Assembly: GCF_018336915.1 (NCBI RefSeq)
Contig: NZ_CP064923.1
Span: 3,840,001 to 3,872,000, forward strand
Length of the DNA: 32,000 nucleotides
Direction: 5' to 3'
From: Acaryochloris marina S15
GTDB taxonomy: Bacteria; Cyanobacteriota; Cyanobacteriia; Thermosynechococcales; Thermosynechococcaceae
The notes below the pieces were generated by a model. That model was not told where the DNA came from. It was given only the letters and a program-made list of their open reading frames with translations, and ran no database searches. Of the stretch, positions 1 to 7,027 are shown one piece after another. Made by a program: the position numbers and the translations under genes. The stretch's first letter is position 1. Each line of letters starts with the position of its first letter.

Positions 1-567
1 TTTTATCCCCAGCCTCTTTAAGGCTTGATTCAACTCCACTGCGGTAGTCATTTTGCCGCAAGCACAATCTGTACCGAGGACAGCAATGACAGGTACATTC
101 ACTCTAGCTATTTGACCGCTAAAGATATGCAAATCCTTGAGCTGAGGTGGTTTTCTAATATCTTTAATCTGAATACCATGGTGATCAGCCATACGGGCAA
201 ACTCTGGATCTTCAGAGAAAAATTGGTGCAAACCGTTAATGATATCCATGCCCTTGGACATCGCTTCAAGAATTAAGAACCTTTCCACCCTTGAGACACA
301 GGCATCTAAAGGAGCTTTTCCATAGATGTAGCAATTTGGAACTTCTTGTAGCTGGTCTAAAGCCTCATCTAAGTTGGCAAAAATAGGGATGCCGTTTTTA
401 TGATCTCCTAACTCTTCCCCAGCATCTCTTCCCGCTAAAGTACTATCAATAACGCCAACGATGGTATACGCCTCAGAGTGCCGAACTAACCCTGAAGCAG
501 TTTTCCCGTCTACTAAACCAAACTGATTCTCGCAGTAAACTAAAGCCGTCTTTTTCGCAAATGGCAT
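1..567 (-). CDS. DUF1611-domain protein, N-terminal 189 codons (gene continues past the left window edge)
   Basis: My own translation of the minus strand from ATG (565-567) gives MPFAKKTALVYCENQFGLVDGKTASGLVRHSEAYTIVGVIDS...DIRKPP...VLGTDCACGKMTTAVELNQALKRLGIK, open to position 1. The GKTAxGLVR, DIRKPP and GTDCxxGKMTT blocks match my memory of the DUF1611 family. It is absent from the ORF track because it has no stop inside the window. Confidence 0.75.
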   Translation of the reverse strand, partial: MPFAKKTALVYCENQFGLVDGKTASGLVRHSEAYTIVGVIDSTLAGRDAGEELGDHKNGIPIFANLDEALDQLQEVPNCYIYGKAPLDACVSRVERFLILEAMSKGMDIINGLHQFFSEDPEFARMADHHGIQIKDIRKPPQLKDLHIFSGQIARVNVPVIAVLGTDCACGKMTTAVELNQALKRLGIK

Positions 568-593
568 GCAATTAAACCTTTACAATTTTCTCT

Positions 594-642
594 TAAATAC
601 TCAAGAGGCTTTTATAAGATTGCTAAGCCTCTTGAGTATTTA
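594..642. repeat. Perfect 18-bp inverted repeat (TAAATACTCAAGAGGCTT, 13-nt spacer), a strong hairpin that looks like a terminator on the + strand
   Basis: Arms 594-611 and 625-642 are exact reverse complements. On the + strand a T-rich tract follows (tttatttattttttc, about 644-658). It lies about 26 nt upstream of the DUF1611 ATG on the other strand. Confidence 0.9.
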
Positions 643-973
643 GAGTTTATTTATTTTTTCTCACAGGAAGAAACTATTCAGAAAGTACAGTTCCTGAAAT
701 CTAGTGTGATCGTGTTTTTTAAAGATCTACGCAGTTAAAACTGCAGAGCTTAGTAAATTCTTTGGTGAATATAAGTAATGTATATATCGAAGCGAGAAGC
801 TCAGGACCTAGCTGAGTTTTCTTTTAAACCTATACCTATAGAAACTGTAACATATATTACTTTTTAGAATTATTGAATCAAAGATCTTGGTATGCTTTAT
901 TGCCTGAATACAGACTCGCTGATTCCTTACTGCCTACCTTCACCAGCTCAAGGGTGACCGGCTTGATCCTCCG

Positions 974-1239
974 TTTAACGGATTCTGGGGGATCTCTATT
1001 AAGAGCATCTCCAATAGGATGGAGTTCTTATTTCGTAAGCTTTTAAGCCATATTCTTGAAATGATGTTGATCAACTTCTTAAACCCTGATGTCAATAATA
1101 TTAGGTTCAAATTGACCCACTCAGTTTTCAGATGGGAGAATTTATTAAATTCCTGCAAGTCATGTGAAATATGGGATTAAAAGCTTTCTCAGGAACACTT
1201 TCTAGGTTTGGATTTTTAAAGACCCCAGAATCCGTTAAA
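974..1239. repeat. 17-bp perfect inverted repeats bracketing a 232-bp AT-rich segment (MITE-like element or invertible segment)
   Basis: TTTAACGGATTCTGGGG at 974-990 and its exact reverse complement CCCCAGAATCCGTTAAA at 1223-1239. Both arms have TTAA within their outer ends (975-978 and 1235-1238). Confidence 0.85.
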
Positions 1240-1547
1240 ACAAGCAATAACCAGTGTTTAGATATAATTTTCTATAAAAGCACTTTTACCACAAGAGATT
1301 TTAGCCTTAGAAGAAAATTAAAAAGAGGCTGAAACACCCCATATATGCTGATGCATAATATACTCCCTTTGTATAGTGTGTAAGTCCCATGTCTAGGGAT
1401 ATTCAGCGATACGCTAGCATGATCAGTATGATGAAAGTATCGGTTTCACATTTGTTTTCAAGATTGCCAGGTTTATTCCAACTCAATTTTTAAGCCAATA
1501 TACCGATATCCAAATCTCTACACTTTACTAATTTTGGATATAAATTT

Positions 1548-1820
1548 ATGTCGATTTACGTTGGTAACCTCTCATATGACGTTACAGAGCAAGACCTCAA
1601 TACCGCTTTTGCAGAATATGGAACTGTAAAAAGTGCAAAGCTCCCCACTGACCGTGAAACAGGTAAGATTCGGGGATTTGGTTTTGTTGAGATGAGTGAT
1701 GAAGCTGAGGAAGCCAAAGCTATTGAAGAACTAGACGGTGCTGAATGGATGGGGCGTACCCTGAAAGTAAATCAAGCAAAACCTCGTGAAGATAGAGGTG
1801 GTGGTGGAAATCGCTGGTAG
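1548..1820 (+). CDS. RRM-type RNA-binding protein with a short Gly-rich tail (cyanobacterial Rbp class)
   Basis: RNP2 IYVGNL and RNP1 RGFGFVEM are present, with a C-terminal RGGGGNRW. Length of 90 aa is typical of cyanobacterial Rbp proteins. Confidence 0.95.
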   Translation: MSIYVGNLSYDVTEQDLNTAFAEYGTVKSAKLPTDRETGKIRGFGFVEMSDEAEEAKAIEELDGAEWMGRTLKVNQAKPREDRGGGGNRW

Positions 1821-2038
1821 AGGTAATTCTCACTAATGGAACCAGTTAGGAGGTGAGGTGTGATCATCTCAGCCTCCTTGATAGAATACTGCAGAATAAA
1901 GGCTACAAGATTTATGTATTTAGTAAATACATTTTGTCGGAAGTACTTATCTTTAGATGACTCCAAAGGTAGGTTGAAATCATCTCAGTCTACTACCCAT
2001 TTTTCTAGGTGCTCCCAAATCTTGAATTCTAAAATGGC

Positions 2039-2353
2039 TCACTTGTGAAAGTTATCAGCCTGAGAAAGACGATCAGTTCTGTGCTCACTACCTAATGATG
2101 AGACTCTATATTTTTTCTGAGGTCTCGCTTGATCAACCTTCAGATCTCGACCCATCCATTCCGCACCATCAAGGGCTTCAATAGCAGCTTTTTCTTCAGT
2201 ATCAGACTCCATATCAATAAAAGCAAAGCCGCGTATATGGCCTTTTTCATCAGTTGGAAGCTTAACTTTTTTTATTGTCCCATATGATGAAAATACTGTT
2301 TTTAGAGCAATCTCTGTAACGTCATCGGCAAGATTACTAATACGAATTGACAT
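2039..2353 (-). CDS. RRM-type RNA-binding protein, divergent paralogue without a Gly-rich tail
   Basis: RNP2 IRISNL and RNP1 RGFAFIDM are present, and DGAEWMGRxLKV is shared with the neighbouring Rbp. It has an ATG start and is 104 aa. Confidence 0.9.
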   Translation of the reverse strand: MSIRISNLADDVTEIALKTVFSSYGTIKKVKLPTDEKGHIRGFAFIDMESDTEEKAAIEALDGAEWMGRDLKVDQARPQKKYRVSSLGSEHRTDRLSQADNFHK

Positions 2354-2578
2354 ACATTTCCTTTAATCTTCATTGAGTATTGAAAGTGGAATTTTGAATT
2401 TAAATCTGTTTACTAAAAGCGGATTAGTATTTTTGGCATATAGCTTAATCAATACAACGCACCTAAATTAAACACCCTGTAACTTCTAATATTGAGATAT
2501 TAACTAATTGATAGGTAGTGATACTCTAACGCCTCCACTTACCCATATCAGGTTTTGGTAGAAGCTTCCTTCTATTCC

Positions 2579-2785
2579 TCAATCACTCTTCTCTGTTTGT
2601 TTAATGAGAACTTTCGTTTGCCCCACCTCGTCGATATTTATAACGATCTCATCTCCTGCCTTAACACGACTGGTCAGAATTTCCTCAGCAAGACAATCTT
2701 CCAAAAGATGTGTGATCGCTCGACGTAGCGGACGCGCTCCCATCTCAGAATCATAGCCTACATCTACTAGCCGCTCCTTAAACAA
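2579..2785 (-). pseudogene. clpC: 3'-terminal remnant of a clpC-type Clp/Hsp100 ATPase gene (last ~68 codons only)
   Basis: The product FKERLVDVGYDSEMGARPLRRAITHLLEDCLAEEILTSRVKAGDEIVINIDEVGQTKVL matches the C-terminal D2-small domain signature (GARPLRR, LEDxLAEEIL) of ~820-aa ClpC proteins. The frame is closed by TAG five codons upstream of the TTG used by the ORF track. No ClpC-like sequence is recognisable further upstream. Confidence 0.8.
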
Positions 2786-3286
2786 ATCGGTAGTGCGCTA
2801 GCGAAGTGTGGGATACACAGCTAAATCGTTCCAAGTCCAAGGATTCAAGGATAGCTCCGCTTTTTGAGCTGTGGGTACGGCTATGGGTCCAAATCCAGTT
2901 GAAATAGCTTATACCAATTAGCACCTAAGAGTGTAATTCTAATTATTTGCTAAGCCAACTCAGTATTGGGTTTCACGAGTTTGAGAGTTACACCTTCAGG
3001 CACAGCTTGGTATTAGGTAGCAATGCTTGCCCGCACGATTGACAACCCTTCCAACCTCAGGGACGAAACTCACTCAGGAGCCTCAACCCTAGGTCTCTGT
3101 AGGTATCAAAGGCTAGAAACCTAACCTACCGTCAGATTTCTAACACATGATTGAAAGCACCTGGAACTATTGTCCACTCTTCGTTAGTCCAAACTCAAGT
3201 ATTAGAGGCTGATACTTAAATCAGGGGGCTGAATACAGATAGATAAGGGGCGATGAAAAGCAATGTAGTTTCAGTAAATCTTTTAC

Positions 3287-4861
3287 CTATAGCCGCACGC
3301 GTTGCCAATTTTTTACTCCACCAAATCGATAGCGAGCAGGCCACTCCACATATTTCAGTAAATCCATCAGACTTGAGACATCTTCTGGCACAGCTATTCC
3401 TGATGTAATTCTTTGATAGGGACACTCTGGATTTTCATCATAGTTGGTGCCATTAAAGCCGTTCAAAAAATTCACATCCCGGTGATATAAATTGTTCTGG
3501 TCATTAGGAGGGGGACACTTTTTGCTCTTGAGCGCAAGAATAGCTTCCATCCATAACACTCCCTCAACATTCGTATTTCTCCCTCCTGGACAACCTGGGC
3601 CAGTAGTTAGCAATCTTAAGTCGTCAATCGGGAACCAGAGAAAGGCATTTTGAATACAGCTGCGGTCAAAGAGGTTAACTTGACTATTCCCTCTGGCCAA
3701 AATGCGTAAATCCCCTACTTGAGGGAGTTGATCATCCGTCCGAATATTGAGGATTTTGGCATTATCTCGCAGAGTAATCGCTAATTCTGGATCAGTACCC
3801 CCATAAATGACATCAATTTGGACAGGGCCTCCAGTGGTGTCAATGGTTAATACTTCATCGTTGTCTAAATCAATACTTTCGACATGATAGAGGGTTGGGG
3901 TCATACTACCGACCCCTTTTAAGGTCGTACTTGTTGTAATGCGGCCGAAGTTTGTTCCTTGAATGGTCGTCGGTAGCTTAGGAGGTAAGTTGCAAGCAAA
4001 AATTTTTCCTTCTACTGTATCGATCGGACTACCATCTGCATCAAAATCCTCCCCATCGGTAGACCAAATAGCATCCAAATAATCAGCACGACTGGCATCC
4101 TCTGGGGCAGCACTATTCGTGAGGGAAGAATTGGCTGAACCATCAGGATTGTAGTAGATATTCCCCTTACTCCCCAGAACCTCGCGCCCTCTTAGGGCCA
4201 GAGTCCCAGTCTTGACGGCACCATTCGTATTGCGGGAAGCGATAATACCTGGAAAATTGTCTAAATCCGGGGTCACATTAATCGTGATTATGATGCCTGT
4301 GGCCTGACCATTGGTGGTGGCTTCTACAAATAATGTGCCCTGTTGTTGTTTCGGATCATAGCGATAGGCCTTCAAGGAATAGGTGCCATTATCACCAATT
4401 GAACCGGAAAATTGGAAATTAGGTACCCCCCAGTTCATTTGCTGGTGGCAGGGTTCATTACTGGGGTTATAGCTGGTCCATTCATCAATGAGGGCAGTCT
4501 CTTCATCTCCACTATTAAAGCTTCCATCTGCACCTAAATAGGTTTTGCCCGTTTTGATATTGATCGTGTCGTAATTGCGGTTGAGCAAAATGGCGTTGTT
4601 GGGGTTCGTCAGTTGCGCCAAGGTTCTGGCCATTCCCCCTTCAGCTGTGGATAGACTTGCACCGGATTCTTTACGTTGCCAAGACGTGATGCGATCGCTT
4701 TGGGCAGTCATGAGCATTGTGAGTCCCAATACCACCATCACAAAGCCTAAACCCAAGGCCAGGGGTAATGCAAAGCCAGCCTGAACACCCCGACGATTTG
4801 CAGATTGTGTCTGCTGTAACCACCCACGAATAACAGCAGCGGCAAAGGGATTTATCGGCAT
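3287..4861 (-). CDS. Large PilX_N-like pseudopilin / type IV pilus minor-pilin-like protein (524 aa)
   Basis: The N-terminus RRGVQAGFALPLALGLGFVMVVLGLTMLMTAQSDR...STAEGGMA has the PilX N-terminal domain pattern (G then a hydrophobic helix then A..AE.G). The rest is a large Gly/Asn/Thr/Asp-rich domain, probably beta-rich. An AGAGGAA lies just 5' of the ATG. Confidence 0.65.
   Translation of the reverse strand: MPINPFAAAVIRGWLQQTQSANRRGVQAGFALPLALGLGFVMVVLGLTMLMTAQSDRITSWQRKESGASLSTAEGGMARTLAQLTNPNNAILLNRNYDTINIKTGKTYLGADGSFNSGDEETALIDEWTSYNPSNEPCHQQMNWGVPNFQFSGSIGDNGTYSLKAYRYDPKQQQGTLFVEATTNGQATGIIITINVTPDLDNFPGIIASRNTNGAVKTGTLALRGREVLGSKGNIYYNPDGSANSSLTNSAAPEDASRADYLDAIWSTDGEDFDADGSPIDTVEGKIFACNLPPKLPTTIQGTNFGRITTSTTLKGVGSMTPTLYHVESIDLDNDEVLTIDTTGGPVQIDVIYGGTDPELAITLRDNAKILNIRTDDQLPQVGDLRILARGNSQVNLFDRSCIQNAFLWFPIDDLRLLTTGPGCPGGRNTNVEGVLWMEAILALKSKKCPPPNDQNNLYHRDVNFLNGFNGTNYDENPECPYQRITSGIAVPEDVSSLMDLLKYVEWPARYRFGGVKNWQRVRL
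4691..4698. repeat. HIP1 octamer GCGATCGC
   Basis: Exact match read in the sequence. Confidence 0.95.
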
Positions 4862-5240
4862 CGAATCATTCCTCTTTGGAAAGGCAGAGAAAAGGCCTGG
4901 AACGCCCTAATATAAGGCAGTTTGATCATGTCAAAAACATGATGCCGATCACTGCAATATGCATCAAACCCAGCCATAGTAAACCTAGAGGAGGTTAGCA
5001 GTTCAACTAAACATTACCTAAAAGCCAGAGCAACCAAATGCTCGTATCCGTCACTTTAACTTATGGGGGGATGAAAATAGAGTGATTCTTAATTTCGTCT
5101 CAACATCAAGAAATTAAACCTATTTTGTAGGTAGTAAGTGGTTAGAGTTGAGTAATTTTAGGTGCATTCTGAATTTTTAGGTGTATTGAACTCATCTGTG
5201 CCAGACCGTAAATAGGCATCAGCCTCACCGCTAGATGGCC

Positions 5241-5255
5241 GTGCCAAATTGGCAC
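5241..5255. promoter_or_regulatory. Perfect 7-1-7 palindrome GTGCCAA-A-TTGGCAC upstream of the small secreted-protein ORF
   Basis: Read directly from the sequence. It ends 33 nt upstream of the ATG at 5289, and TTGACG follows at about 5264-5269. Confidence 0.4.
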
Positions 5256-5288
5256 AATCCCAATTGACGAAAATTTTTGGAGTGGAAT

Positions 5289-5690
5289 ATGTCGAGAAGC
5301 AAATCAATCTTATCTTTAGGAAGTTGCGCTTTCGTTGCCCTGAGCGCAATGTTACCCCTGGGTGCCCAGGCCCAAGCGGATCCCTCTCAGTTAGGAATTC
5401 CTGAAGAGACAACATTTGCTATCATTACGCGAATGAGTGATACTGTGGCCGCCCGTATCTCAGCCTCCTCCTGCAAAGATACTCGCAATCTGTTGAAAGA
5501 GATGCGTAAGAGCAAAGGCAGCAAAACCTCAGAGCTATCTTTAGAAGGTCAATTGCTAGCCTCGGCCCAAACCCAACCTAAGTTGCAGCAAGTTGTGGCC
5601 AATCGAGTGGGTACAGCCTTGGCCCTTAAACTCATGCAGTGCAACATGATGAATCCTGATACTTTGGGTGCTTTGTTTAACCAGAAATAG
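5289..5690 (+). CDS. Small secreted hypothetical protein (signal peptide)
   Basis: MSRSKSILSLGSCAFVALSAMLPLGAQAQA/DP is a classical n-h-c signal peptide with an AxA site. GGAG at 5279-5282 lies 6 nt before this ATG. The ORF-track start at 5277 is a TTG. No family was recognised. Confidence 0.5.
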   Translation: MSRSKSILSLGSCAFVALSAMLPLGAQAQADPSQLGIPEETTFAIITRMSDTVAARISASSCKDTRNLLKEMRKSKGSKTSELSLEGQLLASAQTQPKLQQVVANRVGTALALKLMQCNMMNPDTLGALFNQK

Positions 5691-7016
5691 TTAGACCACC
5701 ACTTTGTTCTCTAGGACATTTTGCTGAGCCTGATGAACTCGATTTCGACCTGAAGTCTTAGCTCCATAGAGTGCCTGATCTGCTTGTTTGATCAGGTGCT
5801 CTTTCGTTTGGGCATCAGCCGGGAAGGTTGCAACGCCTAAACTAGCCGTCATTTCTACCTGCTGCAAGGAGGGCAGAATTACGGTCTCCTCAGCAATGGC
5901 TAGACGGATGCGATCTGCGATCGCAACACTATCATCACTATTGGTCTTAGGAAGAATGACCGCAAACTCCTCGCCCCCGTATCGACAAACAATATCCCCT
6001 GGTCGCACTTCCCGCTGCAGGAGTTGAGCTACTTCACAAAGGGCCAAATCCCCGGCCTGATGGCCAAAGGTATCATTGAGCTGCTTGAAATGATCAATAT
6101 CCACCATGATCAGCGAAACTTGATCGGTATTGCGCTGGGATTTCTCCACTTCCACCCTCAACCAGCGATTGAATTCCCGCCGATTGTAAACCTCCGTTAG
6201 ACCATCCAACGTGGCTAAACGGTACAAGTCTTTTTGGCTTTGCTCCAGCTTGGTCGCCATCAGGTTAAAGGTTTCTGCCAAATGACTCAATTCATCGCCT
6301 GAGGCCAAAGCAATCCGATGGCTCAATTCTCCCTTACCTAATTTTTCAACCCCTTCCTCCAAAGTTTGCAGTGGAACTGTAATAGAGCGAGACAGTCCAT
6401 AGGCAAACACGATTGCTAGCGCCAACGCCAAACCACAAATCATAGCGATGAGCTGTCTAACTTCTTTGCGAACGGCTTTTGCTTGGTTGGTATTGGCATC
6501 ATTTTGAAACACAATTAACCGATAATTCAGTTGTTGGACATCTTGCAAAATCATTCTGAGCTGGTCTTGCAGCTCAACTCTGGTAGATTGTGTATTTCCT
6601 GATTCAGAAATAGAGGGATCTAGGAGTTGTTTACACAGCTGGGAAATTCGTTGCCATTTTCGCTGTATTTCTAGAACAGAATTAAATTGGTGTGGATCAT
6701 GGTGGGAGAATTCTAAGAGCCTTTCCAAACTATTTGTGATGGCCTGACTTTTTTCCTGATACTTATCCCAAGTCATGGGGCGAGATGGCCCTACCGGAGA
6801 TGCCACCACATTTAAATCTAGAAATAATCCCTCAACCTCGGCCAGGGGGAACAAGGCTTCCCGACCCAAATTATCGTGCTTATCAAAACTACCTAATGCC
6901 CCTTCAAAGGAAATGATTGCCCCTGTAGCCAGCATGAGTAAGGGCACAAGCATGGCCCCTAAGCCCAATCGTAGGCGTTGGTTTAGGGAGGTTTTAGGTG
7001 TGGACCAAAAGGGCAT
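5691..7016 (-). CDS. Membrane sensor diguanylate cyclase (periplasmic/TM sensor - HAMP - GGDEF)
   Basis: An N-terminal TM segment and a second TM are followed by a HAMP-like SHRIALASGDELSHLAETFNLM. The GGDEF domain has an intact GGEEF and an RxxD I-site (RPGD 5 residues upstream). Confidence 0.9.
   Translation of the reverse strand: MPFWSTPKTSLNQRLRLGLGAMLVPLLMLATGAIISFEGALGSFDKHDNLGREALFPLAEVEGLFLDLNVVASPVGPSRPMTWDKYQEKSQAITNSLERLLEFSHHDPHQFNSVLEIQRKWQRISQLCKQLLDPSISESGNTQSTRVELQDQLRMILQDVQQLNYRLIVFQNDANTNQAKAVRKEVRQLIAMICGLALALAIVFAYGLSRSITVPLQTLEEGVEKLGKGELSHRIALASGDELSHLAETFNLMATKLEQSQKDLYRLATLDGLTEVYNRREFNRWLRVEVEKSQRNTDQVSLIMVDIDHFKQLNDTFGHQAGDLALCEVAQLLQREVRPGDIVCRYGGEEFAVILPKTNSDDSVAIADRIRLAIAEETVILPSLQQVEMTASLGVATFPADAQTKEHLIKQADQALYGAKTSGRNRVHQAQQNVLENKVVV
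5917..5924. repeat. HIP1 octamer GCGATCGC
   Basis: Exact match read in the sequence. Confidence 0.95.
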
Positions 7017-7027
7017 AGAAGTACTGG

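Noticed and set aside
940-1158. 72-aa minus-strand ORF in the AT-rich spacer
   Set aside because: It lies inside the inverted-repeat-bracketed segment. It has an AT-driven composition rich in I/L/N/K/S, no SD and no recognisable family. It is most likely a chance ORF.
1848-1878. Bulged GC hairpin after the first rbp gene, considered as a terminator or a Yfr1-type sRNA motif
   Set aside because: No U-tract follows on either strand. The CACACCTCACCTCC string on the minus strand only superficially resembles the ACUCCUCACAC box I recall for Yfr1.
1772-2048. ORFs 1772-1966 (-) and 1860-2048 (+) between the two rbp genes
   Set aside because: They overlap each other and the 3' ends of the well-supported rbp genes. 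Their sequences are low-quality and lack motifs.
2786-2905. 36 open codons (AISTGFGPIAVPTAQKAELSLNPWTWNDLAVYPTLR) in frame just upstream of the clpC remnant
   Set aside because: It is bounded by TAA and TAG, has no start codon and shows no similarity to ClpC. I treat it as non-coding or decayed sequence rather than part of the gene.
3216-3425. 69-aa minus-strand ORF overlapping the 3' end of the pilin-like gene
   Set aside because: It is an alternative frame with no support.
5158-5415. 85-aa minus-strand ORF overlapping the start of the small secreted-protein ORF
   Set aside because: It has no motifs. The + strand ORF has a textbook signal peptide and a GGAG SD, so the minus ORF is the less likely of the two. 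Neither is proven.
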